64,000 bases of DNA from NCBI RefSeq assembly GCF_006345805.1, contig NC_043013.1, positions 43,834,001 to 43,898,000 of the forward strand. Direction: 5' to 3'. Positions 49,874 to 63,803 of the stretch are shown here, piece after piece. This DNA is from Octopus sinensis (lineage: Eukaryota). The position numbers and the translations under genes are program-made. Numbering within the stretch: the first letter of the stretch is position 1; every line of letters starts with the position of its first letter. Below the pieces are notes generated by a model. It made no database searches. It was not told the origin of the DNA and was given only the letters and a program-made list of their open reading frames with translations.

Positions 49874-51891
49874 CTGAATGATGTAAAAATAAAAAAAAAA
49901 TTTTAAAAAAAGAAACAAACAAGTAAGTTATTACATTGAAGCAAAATTAAAACCATTCGTTTAAATGTCTAAACTTATGAGGTGAGTTGTTATGGCAATT
50001 TTAATTTATTAAATTTTTGGGTTAGAAGATCGTTTAGCAATCATATGGTTTTGGGTTTAGTCTGATTGCATGGCATCTTGGGCAAGTGTCTTCTACTATA
50101 GCCCTAGGCTGAACAATGTGAGACAATTTGCTGGACAGAAACTGTGTAGAAGCCTCATCATCATCATCATCATCTTCATCATTCAATGTCTGTTTTTCAT
50201 GCTATCAAGGGCTGACAGGAGCTGGCAAGGCTGGGAGTCGTACTAGGCTTCGTTGTCTGTTTTGGCAAGGTTTCTACAGCTGGATGCCCTTCCTAATGCT
50301 AAATATTTTGTAGAGTTTACCAGGTACCTTTTATGTGACGCCAGCGCCAGTGCTTTTTATGCAACACCAGCAACAGTGCTTTTTATGTGGCACCATCACC
50401 AAGAGGGTCGCCAAGTACCTTGCAAGACAGAAAAAGGTAAAATCCCCTCAACTAGGAGTGGAGAGTAGTATCAAGAGAGGGTTGGCTTTCTGCCAGCTGA
50501 GAGATTAAAAGTATAGAGGGACAGAGAATCAAAAAGCATTACATTTGACAGAGGAAGCTGAATGCCGAAGGATTAAATGTTAAATTCCTATTTACACCAG
50601 AATAGAAAGAAATTGGTTTCAAATTTTGGCAGAAGACTAGTAATATCAGGGGAAGGGGTAAGTCAATCATATCAACCCCAGTGCGCAACTGGTACTTATT
50701 TTATCAACCCTGCAGATGAAAGGCAAAGTCAACCTTGGAGGAATTTGAAATCAGAACAGATAGGAATTAAGATCTTGTATTTCTAAACTAAGGAAACGCT
50801 TGTTTTTAACGAAAGGAAGGAGCATAGGAGTGGCTGTGTGGTAAGTAGCTTGCTTACCAACCACATGGTTCCGGGTTCAGTCCCACTGCGTGGCACCTTG
50901 GGCAAGTGTCTTCTAGTATAGCCTCAGGCTGACCAAAGCTGTGTGAGTGGATTTGGTAGACGGAAACTGATAGAAGCCCGTCGTATATATGAATATATGT
51001 GTGTGTGTGTGTTTGTGTGTCTGTGTTTGTCCTCCCAACATCGCTTGACAACCGATGCTGGTGTGTTTACGTCCCCGTAACTTAGTGGTTTGGCAAAAGT
51101 GACCGATAGAATAAGTACTAGGTTTGCAAAGAATAAGTTCTGGGGTCGATTTGCTCAACTAAAAGCGGTGCTCCAGCATGGCCACAGTCAAATGACTGAA
51201 ACAAGTAAAAGAGTAAAAGAGAGAGAGAGAGTAAAATGTAACAAGTATAGAAGAAAATAAAGAAAAAAAAAAACAAATTTTATTAATAATGCATTTTATT
51301 GTGTTAATTATCATAATATTTAATTACTTGTTAAAGGGTTATGAAAAAATTATTATAATTATGCTGTTCTTTTATCTTTTACTTGTTTCAATCATTGGAC
51401 TGTGGCCATGCTGGGGCACCACTTGAAGAGTTTAGTCAAATAAACTGACCTCTGTAAATCTGCTACTTATTCTGTCGGTCTCTTTAGTCAAACTTTCAAG
51501 TTATGGGTGCGTAAACAAACCAACACCAGTTGTTAAGCAGTGGTGGTGTGGTGAAGGCACACACACACACACACACATTTATATAATGGGCTTCCATACA
51601 ATTTCTGTCTATCAAATTCATTCACAAAGTATTGGTTGGCCCAGGGCTCTAGTTGAAGATATTTGCCCAAGGTGCTGTGCAACAGGACTGAACCTAAAAC
51701 CAAGCAGTTGCAATGTTGAGCTTCTGAACCACACAGCCATGTCTACACCTATTTAAAAGACATTTTGTTTTTGTTAATTAATTCCTGTTGCTTTCTGTCG
51801 TAATTATTTTTTGTACAGAAAAGGGGTATGAATTTGGTGTACCTGCATTCAATGAAGAATGATGTGAAGAAGAAAAAGAAACGTTATTTAC

Positions 51892-52023
51892 TTTCAAGAG
51901 ATGCTGGTAATGTGATGCTTCCACTGCCAGGCGTTGGTGGGATCTCTGAGAACATACTGCGCTGACTTAGACTTAATGGGGACGGATAATCTATCAGGGA
52001 ACCAGCACTTCCAATTGGAAAAC
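51892..52023 (-). CDS. Gli: Gli coding exon D (phase 1-1): FPIGSAGSLIDYPSPLSLSQRSMFSEIPPTPGSGSITLPASLE
   Basis: gtcattgcag acceptor, A|GTAAAT donor; joins to give ESSRLTSPRP with the next exon. Confidence 0.8.
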
Positions 52024-52404
52024 CTGCAATGACATAAATCATAGACATTATAATAACAATAATGGTTTCAAATTTTGGCACAAGGCCAGCAAATTTAGGG
52101 AAGACATCAACCCCAGTGCTCAACTGGTACTTATTTTATCAACCCCGAATGGTTGAAAGGCAAATTTGACATTGGCGGGATTTTAACACAGGACATAAAG
52201 TCAGATGAAATGCCACTAAACATTATGCCTGATATGCTAAGAACTCTGCCAGCTCACTGCCTTGTTTAAAAAGTGGCCAGCAAGCCACTATGGAGAATAA
52301 AACCCTGCGCCTCACTAATTCCAGCTAAGTGCTCTGTACCATTAAGCTAAGTGACCCTTGACAAAGAAATAATATTAATAACAATAATGATAATAATAAT
52401 AATA

Positions 52405-52695
52405 AAATACAACCCTCTTAAGTATAAAATAACCTGACTATGGAAAATGAAGAAGGTGAAAATAGTGCCAATTATTGTTGGGTCCTTGGGAACAGTATCA
52501 GAAGGTATCAAGGGGAATATAAAGGAAATTGGAATAGAGTGCCCGGGAGAACTGTTACAAAAGGTTTGCTTCTTTGGCACAGCCAGAATAATCAGGAAAG
52601 TACTAGGTAGTTGAAAAGAATGGATAGCATGGTACCATAGGCTGCAGGTAGCAAGCCTGCTATACATGCAAAACTCCAGGAGCTCCAACAAAATC
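52405..52695 (+). mobile_element. 3' end of an R4/Dong-like restriction-like-endonuclease non-LTR retrotransposon
   Basis: KY.PLK..LWKMKKVKIVPIIVGSLG..LLQKVCFFGTARIIRKVLGS* next to (TAA)n; the same 3'UTR recurs at about 55845-55930, followed by (TAA)n. Confidence 0.75.
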
Positions 52696-53369
52696 TATGA
52701 TAAAGAGAAATAATTATAAATGTCCTGATTCTGTACTAGGCAGTGGCTCTTGTGGCTTTTGATCTTAATGATTGGAAGTGTTATCACATACATCCTTTGG
52801 GTTACAACAAATATTCTGCTCAATATCACAGATTTGTTGGTCAGTTGCTTGATCTTAACTAGTTGAGCATGTCCCTTAATGGCTGATGATAAGTGCATCT
52901 CCGATCATGAGCAAAAGTAGTGGGGGTGGGGCATCACAGCCATGTTTTGAGAAGAATTGTTTGGGGTTTGGATAATTCACCTCTGGAAACATGGGTGTTT
53001 CATTCTCATCATCCTTAAACAAACCTTATTCAGGGACCTTTTGAATAGGATGGGCTACTCGACCTGCTGCAAGGTCATGCACTGTTTATCTTGATGTGAG
53101 ATCACCATGTCGTGCACATATAGTTGTGATGCAAGTGCCTGGTGTACCCTTATCAGATGGGTAGTCATGATGGGTATATTGGGCTTCATATATTTTTACT
53201 CCAGTGTCACTTTGATGGCATGCACTGCTTTCTCACTCAATAATAATAATTGAATGACATCTGAGAAATGTGGGTTTGTCAGAGCAGCTAAATGGTGTGA
53301 GCAGAAACCTGAACAGGTGTTTGAGAATGACAAATTTAAGCTTTTGTGAGATTTCCCCATTCATTGTGA

Positions 53370-54030
53370 TAGAATGATTGAGATAAGAAGGCCAAACATT
53401 GTAGTTGTCAACAAGAAAGCTAAAGAGGCTCAAATTATTGATATCTCCATCTCAGGAGACAGCAGAGTGAAAAATAAAAAGCATGATAAAGATGGAGAAG
53501 TATGAACCACTGAAGGAGGAGATAGGAAATTGTGGGGAAGAAGAAGGCTTTAACCCCTTACCCGGCAGAAACGAATATATGCGTTTTGACCGAAATCGTT
53601 TTTTTCCTATCTCTGGCGAGTTAACTCGTCAAAAGATAGACTCGCCAAAATCGACAGCAAACAAGTTCCTTCGTCTAAAAACGGGTTAACTCGTTTCTGC
53701 CCAATGCCGTAATTTAAAATCAATATTATTGAATTAAAATTCATAATAAATAAGGTTTGAAATATACCTCGAAATCACCATTCAAAACATAGTAAAATAA
53801 AACAATTAAAAAAATGTCTGAAAAAATACATTTATTTTCAAAATAATTGTTGGGTAAGGGGTTAATGAGTCCATTAGTGATTGGAGCATTTGGGATGCAA
53901 TTTAGAAAGCTTTGAAGATTGTGAAAATAAAAGAGAAATTGATGGCAAGGTAACAGGTCATGTAGAAGACAGCACGTCTAGGTACAGCAAGGATTTTAAA
54001 GAAAGTCTTGTCTTTGTAAGGCACAGGTTC
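53370..54030 (+). mobile_element. Second R4/Dong-like RLE fragment, interrupted by a piggyBac-like MITE (53554-53861)
   Basis: RPNIVVVNKKAKEAQIIDISISGDSRV..EKYEPLKEEI..[TTAA CCCCTTACCC..GGGTAAGGGG TTAA]..PLVIGAFG..LGTARILKKVL. Confidence 0.75.
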
Positions 54031-55498
54031 TTATTGATGTAATGTACAATATTCACATTTATAAAGGTTTTCCAGCAGTTACCAGTAGTGTATTGTGGGA
54101 AGCTAGAATCAAACCTAGCAGTAATTAAATTTCAAACAGAAAAGATTAGTGTTACTTGAGCTGTGGGAATAGAGTTTAGTTCATCATTATTTAAGAATTC
54201 CTTTTTACTATAAGCTGAATTTCAGCAATGGAAAACTCGACATTGTAAAGGCTAGTTGCTTGTGCTTCAAAGGGGTGCACTCTGGCTTGCTTTTGATGAG
54301 AGATGAAGATATACATTCTCTAGTGGCTTTTTCAGCCTCTGCTATGATGCAGGTGGGTTTTCACTTTTATACAATGGAAAGCATAGTGATGACCTACTAT
54401 GGTATAGCAGGATATTCCTAGAAGCTGATTGGTCGGTAATCAGGGTGCATTATTTGACTCAAGTGTGGACTGGACCCAGATATCAAGGTTGTGAGGTTTT
54501 ACTTCCAGGTCTCACTACAGACAGAGTGGATTCAAAATTTGCTGCTCATGTTTCAGGTGGTAGAGGAACAACAACAGCAACTGCAGTGGAGGCACAATGG
54601 CCCAGTGGTTAGGGCAACGGACTCGCGTTCATAAGAACGTGGTTTCGATTCCCAGACCGGGCATTGTGAGTGTTTATTGAGCAAAAACGCCTAAGCTCCA
54701 CGAGGCTCCAGCGGGGATGGGGGGAGGGGCTGTACTCTTTTACGACAACTTTCTTTCATTCTTTCTTCCTATTTCTGCCACAAACCAGAGGAACCATGGT
54801 GTAACCCACTATGATGTGGTAAACTTTCAGACCCTAGTCTAGATTGCGAATTCTCTGTACTCCATGATGGTTCAGTTCTCCACCCGTTAAAAGCCACCGT
54901 TTACAGAATGAGGATAACAACGTAGCTTTCATGCCCGTGCAACCGCTAGTCTATCGCGTGTGGTGGGTGGATCTTCAAGTTGCCACACGCATTCTTAGTA
55001 GCTTAGACTAGGCTCGAATTAGAGATTATTCTTTGTGGCTAATGGCGTGAGTCCTGATCGGAAGAAGGAGAAGAAGACAGCAACTGCAGTAGGTTACAAT
55101 CAAGAGCGCTGAGTGTGCTACTTCTAAATGTAAACTGAGTGCACCAATACCAACTATTTACTCAAGCAGATTGAGTGTAGCTATTTGGTGACCATAACAA
55201 TACTAACAACAACAATAACAACAAAAGCAAGAAGAAGATTAGAAAATCATCTGCAAAGGTGAGTAATCAAAGAAAGCTATGTGATTGCTTGATTTACTAG
55301 AAATAGCAGCCAAATCTCTTTCAAATCATACTCTACTATTTTTTATAAGCTGAAGGATATATTGGATAATTTAGTCCATGATGGATTATACCTGGAAGAA
55401 ATACGGATGAGACTTGCAGCTGGAACACCTTTGAATCACAGAAATGCTTGATCGTGGTTAACAACAATAGCAAAACTAACAACACCAAATGATTTTAC

Positions 55499-55668
55499 CT
55501 GGTAACGAGGCAGGGCTACATCTCCGAGAGGCCAGTTGGTTGTGGTACAAATTCCTCTGTAACTGCTCCCAATGTAACCGAGATGTAAAGTGTGGCACAG
55601 CATCTGCATTTATTGGACTTCGCATACTCAATATGGAGACTTCCGGGTGGGAGGGACTGCTGGATAAT
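55499..55668 (-). CDS. Gli: Gli coding exon C (phase 2-1): LSSSPSHPEVSILSMRSP..LHWEQLQRNLYHNQLASRRCSPASLP
   Basis: ttattccacag acceptor, G|GTAAAA donor; open frame bridges the phase-2 end of exon B to the phase-1 start of exon D; LSSSP resembles Gli N-terminal sequence. Confidence 0.85.
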
Positions 55669-56426
55669 CTGTGGAATAAGGGTGGAAAAATCAGTTGGTG
55701 TGAATTAGAACTCAGTTTGATGACTTTTTAAAAATTATGTTTGGAGAAAGGAGGAGGAAGGGAGGAAAAGGAGGCAGAAGAGGAAGAGGGAGGAAAGAAG
55801 ATGAAGAAAAAGATAGAAAGAGCAACAAGGGGTAGAAGATGTTCAAAAGAACAGATAGCATGGTACCAGAGGCTGCAGGTAGCAAGCCTGCTACACATGC
55901 AAGACTCCAGGAGTTCCAACGAAACCTAAGTTAAAAAGAAAAATAACAATAGTAATAATAATAATAATAATAATTTCAAATTTTGGCACAAGGCCAGCAA
56001 TTTAGGAAAGGAGGAAAGTTGATAACATTGACCCCAGCCCTCAACTGGTACTTATTTTATCGACCCTGAAGGGAAGAAAGGCAAAGTAGAACTTAGTAGA
56101 ATTTGAACTCAGAACATAGAGACAGGCAAAATGCGACTAAACATTTTGTCTGGCATGTTAATGATTCTACCAGCTCACTCACTGTCTTACATAATAATTC
56201 TTTCTGTTATAGGTACAAGGCCTGAAATTTTTGGTGGGGAGGGGGTTAGTTGATCATAGTACTTATCTGGTACTTATTTTATTGACCCCAAAAGGTTGAA
56301 AGGTAAAGTCAACTGCAGCGGAATTCACAAGTGGGCGGGCAACAGTTCCTTCCTCACCAAGTGGAGTTTCAAAAAGTTGATGAAGGCTTGACAGCAGATT
56401 AAATTGTCTGTCCTCTGTCCTTTTAA

Positions 56427-56647
56427 CCCTTTAGCGTTCACATTATTCTGCCAAAATTAATGCTTTTTCATCCACATTGTTTTGAACTAATCAGGCATTA
56501 TCTTGTAGCTATGAGATTATGATGAAGTAGCTGTTAATTTTTAAAACGATATTGTAGGGTTGGTGTGAGAGACCAGATCTGGCCAGTTTGAACATAAAAC
56601 AGGCAGAATACTTTTGGCCGGATATGACTGGTTTAAATACTAAAGGG
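56427..56647. mobile_element. piggyBac-like MITE, intact
   Basis: TTAA|CCCTTTAGCG..TACTAAAGGG|TTAA. Confidence 0.85.
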
Positions 56648-57166
56648 TTAATCTCATCCACTATGCAATTTCTTTTACTGTAGTTACAAGATAAATGGAA
56701 GCTGCCTACCTTTTTTTGGCCCAAAGGCTGGTAGTGAGGCAATCTTCTCAATGAACTTGGCAGATAGCCAACAACATCTGTCAACATAATTTCACAAGCC
56801 AGCAATTTTCAGACAATGAATGAGTGCACACAGAATGGTTTTTAATATTTTCTGTGCATCACATATCCACTTGACAGCAGTGTGTCACTTTGTTGTGTAT
56901 TTGAGGTACATTTTGTACCATTCAGAGGTACTATTTGTTCACTGTATAGCATTCTACTGTTCAAATAGCTTTCAGGAAAAAATGTAAGATCAACTAGAAA
57001 TGTTATCTAAGACAGTCCAACATCCTAAACATGATGAAGTTCAACTGTTCTAAGGTAAACGCTATAAAACTTGGGTCAACACTTGTTATTTATGCAAACC
57101 CATAGAAGCAATTTGCAATACATTTATTTTTAATGATTTAGAAAAGATCTGGAAATGTGGCCTTAC

Positions 57167-57290
57167 CCAGGTGTTGGATGATGAAATGCTGTCGGTGGAG
57201 GTGGTGGCCAATGGTATCGTCCTTCTAAAGTGTGAGTATTCAAGGGCAACGACTGGTTGATGGGAAGAGTTGGGTAAGGAAAAGGAATAC
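57167..57290 (-). CDS. Gli: Gli coding exon B (phase 1-2): GIPFPYPTLPINQSLPLNTHTLEGRYHWPPPPPTAFHHPTP
   Basis: tttgtttcag acceptor, GG|GTAAGG donor; EGRYHW matches the conserved Gli EGRYHY motif. This frame is not shown in the ORF track. Confidence 0.9.
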
Positions 57291-58897
57291 CTGAAACAAA
57301 GCAGAAAATCAAGGAGACATTGATGATTTATTTTAGCCCCAACCACCAAGTTTGCATTTGTGAGTAATAGAGCTGCTGGTGTATACAACATGTAAGGAAT
57401 AAACAGATTTTTTTTTTCTTTCTCTGAACATTGATTTATTGCCTATCTTCAACTATGAACATTAGCAAAAGATGTACACATGCACACAAATACATATGTA
57501 TCCTCTTTCAAGCAAAATAGTCACCATGAGGGGCAAAATTCTTGGGATAGACTCTACACCAATTAGCAAGCAATTCTATTTTGCTGTACCATCCACAGTG
57601 TACAAAGAGCTTCGATGTAGTTTCTATTAAATTTCATTCACAAGGTATTACACTCTTTTACTCTTCTACTTGTTTCAGTCATTTGACTGCGGCCATGCTG
57701 GAGCACCACCTTTAGTCGAGAAAATCAACCCCAGGACTTATTCTTTGTAAGCCTAGCACTTATTCTATCGGTCTGTTTTGCCGAACCACTAAGTTACGGG
57801 GACGTAAACACACCAGCATCGATTGTCAAGCGATGTTGGTGGGACAAACACAGACATACAAACACATACACACACACACACACACACACATACATACATA
57901 TATATATATATATGACGGTCTTCTTTCAGTTTCCCTCTACCAAATCCACTCACTGGACTTTGGTCAGCCCGAGGCTATAGCAGAAGACACTTGCCCAAAG
58001 TGTCATGCAGTGGAACTGAACCTGGAACCATGTGGTTGGTAAGCAAGTTTCTTACCACACAGCCACTCCTGCGCCTATTACACTGTGTAACAATTTTTTT
58101 TTTGTCTTGGTCAGTACGTGTTATTTCCTATTTCCTTCTATTTAGAAAGCAAAGGAAATGATAACAATTCCCTTCAAACTGTTTCATAGTCATATAATCT
58201 AGGATTCCTTCTCATTACATGGCACTGTGGGCAGATGTCTCCTATTATGGTTTGGGACTAACTAGTGCTTTGTGAGTAGAATTTATAGACAAGTACTGCA
58301 AGAAGCCTATCAGAGGCAGACAGGTAGTATGAGTGAGTGTGTGTGCATACATTTGTACCCTTATTTTTTTATCTTTTTCTGTTATCTGTTTCAATCATTA
58401 GACTACGGCCATGCTGGGGCACTGCCTTCAAGAACTTTTAGTTGAATGAATCAACCCCAGTACTTTTTTTAAAGCCTGGTACTTATTCTATCAGTCTCCT
58501 TTTGCCAAACTAAGTTATAGAGATGTAAACAAACCAACACAGGTTGTCATGTGGTGGTGGGAGACAAACACAGACCCAAAGACACACACACACCATAGGC
58601 TTCTTTCAGTTTCCATATACCAAATCCACTTACAAGGCTGGCTGGCTTGAAGCTATAGTAAAAGACACTTGGCCAAGGTGCGACACAGTGGGACTGAACC
58701 TGGAACCATGTGGTTGGGAAGCAAGCTTCTTACCAAAAAGCCACACCTGTACCTAATACTCATTTTTGTGTGAACGTATGTACAGGTGTGTCTACTTGCA
58801 AGTAAAAAAAACTAAGGATCAAAAAAGATGCCAACCCCCGAATCTCACACATGTAAAAAGAAAAAGATACAGAAAGAGTGGTTGTAAGAATACAAAC

Positions 58898-59152
58898 CAT
58901 ATGGAGAAGTTTCCAGCAGACCATTCCTTGGATCCAGGAACTGTTGATGTGGTATTCCACCAAAGAAATGTTGAATTCTTGGGTCAACATTGTGTGGTGG
59001 GAAAGGAGTTGGACCAACCCCTCGATCGACAGTTTCAACCCTGCTGCTACTCTGTTCTTTAGAAGGCTCTGTAGTACTTGGTTCCTCATCAACTCGGGAC
59101 AAATGTCCACTCAGTGTACGGCTACAGGCCCCACGCCTGTTCTTATGCGAAC
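58898..59152 (-). CDS. Gli: Gli coding exon A, first visible (phase 1-1): ..SHKNRR..VDEEPSTTEPS..FLDPRNGLLETSPY
   Basis: Polypyrimidine tract plus CAG acceptor at 59153-59154; DEEPST and DPRNG motifs of Gli N-termini; donor G|GTTTGT is weak but in phase with the next exon. Confidence 0.8.
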
Positions 59153-59630
59153 CTGAAAAGAAAGAAGCAAAAGTTATGAATTTAAGAGAATTAAAGAAAA
59201 GAAATGAAAATGGAAATAAAAATAGCATTTTTTTTCCACAAGACTTAAAACACCATCACTATCATCATCATCATCATTATATGGTACGCATCTTTTGTTT
59301 CTGACAATGCAATTGACCAGAACCAAATTAAGCCACCCTCAGTGGTCATTGTACTTATCAAAGGGCTTCTTTTATCTGGGTTTTCCCAGATTAGAGAAAA
59401 GACAAGGCTGGTAAGTCTGATTGGAACAATCAGCTGTAGGGGTGGCCAAGAGAATTAACAATGCTAGACTCAAATACTTTAACATAATCCCTATTTCATT
59501 TGTAGGTTGGTTGGATGAATGTTCAATCCTTGTTGAGTTCAATTCATCCTTGTGGACAGGTACATATATTTTTTTTTAGTCCTGTCAGGTTGTTCATTCA
59601 GTCTCCATACACCCAAGTGAGAACCTAGAA

Positions 59631-59831
59631 CAGTGGTTTTCAACCAGGGTTTCGCCAGTACAGTCCAGGGGTTCCGCAAGAAGTTACGAAACTGCTAAAA
59701 TCGGCAGTAATTTTTAATTCTCCTGTGCAGATATGTGTGCATAAGACTATTAAATTATTGCACAGGGGTTCCTCGAGCTAGTGGAATGTTTCCTTGGGGT
59801 TCCGCTCCAGCAAAAAGTTTGAAAAGCACTG
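59631..59831. mobile_element. hAT-like MITE, near-identical to 47370-47570
   Basis: Same 201-bp sequence; TSD (A/C)CCTAGAA. Confidence 0.9.
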
Positions 59832-60801
59832 CCCTAGAATGATGCTGCACAATTAGTCGCTGATGGCCTGACTATGAAACATATACTATTGGTTTACATG
59901 AATATTAGCAGCAGGTCATTTTCAATTTCACCTAACATTACATTGTGTAATAAAATTTTAATCATTTTTTGTCTTTGTAAGTGTTATTCCCTATTTGCTT
60001 CTTATCTAGAAATCAAAGGAAATGACTACTATTCCCTTCAAACTTTGCTTTTCTGACCTGGACATCAATGGTTTGAAACTGACCTATTTTCCCATTACAT
60101 TTCAGACTGATTCAGCCCTGAGTTGCTGAAGCTGAAATATCGTTATAGCAAATATTCTGCTCAATACCAACAGATTTACTTGTCAATTACTAGGCCTTAA
60201 TCACATGAGCATGTCCCTTATCTTCGGACAATATTTGCCTCTCTGATTATGAGCAGGAGTAGTCGGGGAGCATCATAGCCATGTGTTGAGACGGAATGTA
60301 AAAAGAGCAAAGTTTGAAGGAAATATTAGCCATTTTTCATACTTTCTAGGGGTAAGTGAGCAAGCAAATAGGAAATAAAATAACATTTGCTACCCAGGTA
60401 GAAAAATCTTGTTACACAGTGTTACTAATGTCATCACCCCACCCCCCAACACAATTACCAAAAGCATCAACCTGAGGGTTGCTCAATCTACAAGAAATAG
60501 GAGCTTCATCTCCCTCAAATCAAACCCTACCATTTTAAAAAAGAAAAGACTGCCTGGGTAAAAATAAATGCTGTGCTGGCTGGAACAACATTGATTTTAG
60601 GTTTGCTCATTCAGAGTTGACCTGGGGCTAAACAACATCATCATCACCATGATCAACAACAAAACATCCTCATCAACAATAACAATACACCATCATGAAC
60701 AATAACAGTAGCACATAACCCTTGTTAGTACTACGACCATCACTATTACCACAACAGCAACCACCACAAAAAATAACAAACCTACAAAGAAGCCCATATA
60801 T

Positions 60802-60893
60802 CAGTGGTTTCCAGCCTTTTCACTACCAAGGACCCCTTTTATTTAAATGAGTTTTTTCATGGACCTATTTTAATATGCTTATCTTTATGTGTT

Positions 60894-60924
<31 letters not shown>

Positions 60925-60990
60925 GAAATTTTGAATTTAGTTCACAGATCCCCAGTATTACCTTTGCAGACCACAGGTTGAGAACCACTG
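60802..60990. mobile_element. hAT-like MITE
   Basis: CAGTGGTTTCCAGCC..GGTTGAGAACCACTG; degenerate 8-bp flanks. Confidence 0.65.
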
Positions 60991-63199
60991 CTCTATATGG
61001 TCACTTGACCAGTTAGAACCGTTAGAAATAGCAGCCACATTTCCCTTCAATAATAATCTAGCATCTTAAAAAAGGAAGGACACATTGCTGTAGATCCAGA
61101 TATCTATTATATCTAAAAATATGATCAGATGGTTATGGGTGGAATGTCTTTAGTTACAGAGATGGCCTAGGACATAACAATAACAACAACAGCAATAACA
61201 ATCTTCACACTCAGTAATTTCATCATCATCATCACCAACAGCCAATGACAGAGCTTCTACATAATCACAATGTAGTCTCTAATATGCAAACAGACAGGTT
61301 GGTCATGGCTGGAATATTTTTCATCACAGGGCTGACCCATGGTCAAAGATCAAAACTGCATGCCCATGATCTACTTGGTTGCTCAGCCTATAGAGAATAA
61401 GCTATTAGAAATGACAGTCAAATCTCCCTCAAATCACAGTCTGCCAACAAAAAGACACATTGAGTAACGCAGTTCTTATATAGGCCTGAAAAGATAGCAT
61501 GGCTACCACTAAAAGGATTTTGATCATCAGTTTGCTAAACCAGGGATGAAAAAGGTGGAGTGGATTGGCCAAGCAAACAACAACAATACAACAAAACTGA
61601 TTTGCAAAACATAATCATATTTTAAAAACGATGAAATTGTTTTATCCAGTATAAAAGACAAAGACTGACTGATACCAGCAAAATTTGGACCTTGTACTGT
61701 GAGGGACTTTACAGGAGAGCAGAAATCCCTGACGGCAACCTAATAAAGATCCCTACCACTTTTAGACATGTTTATGGAAAGAACATTATTTAGAGTGCAC
61801 TAATGATTAGGCTGTGGAGGCACATGGCCTAGTGGTTAGAGCAGTGGACTCGCGGTCGAGTGATCACGGGTTCGAATCTCAGACCGGGCAATAAGTGTGT
61901 TTATGAGCAAAATACCTAAAGCTCCACTTGGCTCCGGCAGAAGATGATGGTGAACTTCTGCTGACTCTTTTGCCACAACTTTCTCTCACTCTTTCCTCCT
62001 GCATCTTGCAGCTCACCTGTGAAGGACCAGCGTCCCGTCCAGGTGGGGAACCTATACGCCAAGGAAACTGGCCCTATGAGCCAGGGTAGCTCGAGAAAGA
62101 ACAAACAAACAATGATTAGGCTAGTGCTTTTCAAACATTTTTAATAATTGACTATTTTGTTTTACTTACAATTTTTCAACACTTCCTCCCTTGTTCAATC
62201 GACCCATCCAAATCACACATTTTAAATATACATACATATAATATCAAGCTTGAGCAATTTAATTCCTGGAACTAATTTGATGTTGGAGACTATTTACCTC
62301 AGCACCATTCAACTATAATATATCATAAATCCTCAAATATAATCTGCATTTTTTCCCCAGAATTTAAAGGTCAAAATCCCTGGTGCGTACTATATACGAG
62401 GTTAAAATGAAAATTATTTTCCAAGCAATGTCCAAGTCTCTATTTGCTGTCCGGCAATGTTTATTCAGACGCATTTTGTGATGTTGGGCACGAAAATACC
62501 TTAAGCTAAACCTGAAAGCAATGAAGTCATAAAAGAATCATCCATAACTTGCAGTAAGCAACATTTATTAAACATTATTACTGTTATTTCTTTATTTTCT
62601 GCAAGCAAAATGCACAAAAAAGCTACACGTTTGCATTATGTTATGTGTACAATAATAATAAAGGACATTACCGTATACATTTTTACAAACCAAGGATGTT
62701 ATATAGATCTCCTTGACTCAAGTTAGAGAAGGGGTGCGTATTATACACAAGGTTTAGGTTTTTCAGAGGTACAGCCCCCTAAAAATCCCCTGCGTATTAT
62801 ACTCAAGGGCGGACTATACTCGAGGATTTACGGTAATTTAATACAAGATACGAAAATTCTGTATAACTGTATTACTATAATGATAACTGGTGGTAGTCTC
62901 TCATAGTCCAATAAAGGCAGTTCTGCAATTTTTTGCCGAATGACCTGCACAAATAATTTGATTATAGTGATCAAAGGTATGCGCTGTGCATTTGCTCACT
63001 CTCTCCATCAAATCAACATTGCTTGGACAGGTGTACAGTATACCACGTTTGAGGTGTTAAAGTGATCACAGAGCAATTTAAGATGAACCATTTTACTCAA
63101 GAACACAATACACCACCTGGTCAGAAATTGAACTCACAATCTCATGATTAAGAGTGCAACACTCTAACCACTAGGCCATGTGCCCTCATATTCCTTTCT

Positions 63200-63803
63200 A
63201 CTCTAGGCACAAGGCCTGAAATTTTGGGGGAGGGGGGCCAGTTAATTAGATCTACCCCAGTATGGAACTGGTACTTAAATTATTGACTCCAGTATGCAAC
63301 TGGCACTTAATTTATCGACCCCGAAAAGATGAAAGACAAAGTCGACCTCAGCAAAATTTGAACACAGAACGTAAAGACAGATGAAATACCTATTTCTTTA
63401 CTACCCACAAGAGGCTAAACACAGAGAGGACAAACAAGGACGGATAAACAGAGTAAGTCGATTATATTGACCCCAGTGCATAACTGGTACTTATTTAATC
63501 GACCCCGAAAGGATGAAAGGCAAAGTCGACCTCGGCAAAATTTGAACTCAGAACGTAGTGGCAGACGAAATACCTATTTGTTTACTACCCACAAGAGGCT
63601 AAACACAGAGAGGACAAACAAGGACAGACAAACAGATTAAGTCGATTATATCGACCCCAGTGCATAACTGGTACTTATTTAATCGACCCCGAAAAGATGA
63701 AAGGCAAAGTACCTTGGTGGAATTTGAACTCAGAATGTAGTGGCAGGCAAAATACCGCTAAGCATTTCGCCTGGCATGCTAATGTTTCTGCCAACTTGCC
63801 ACC
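63200..63803 (-). mobile_element. SINE family 1 multimer, at least three body units
   Basis: Units restart at GAAATACCTATTT near 63383 and 63567; single head at the right end. Confidence 0.82.

Noticed and set aside
54180-54560. Minus-strand DYRPIS resembling the LINE RT NYRPIS motif
   Set aside because: A single short motif followed by a stop; insufficient support.
58760-59304. Several overlapping ORFs suggesting a second gene
   Set aside because: Only the minus frame with DEEPST and DPRNG has splice sites and homology; the others are alternative frames.
63200-63803. Regularly repeated units as a CRISPR-like array
   Set aside because: Units are about 170-185 bp SINE bodies without unique spacers, in eukaryotic DNA with no cas genes.
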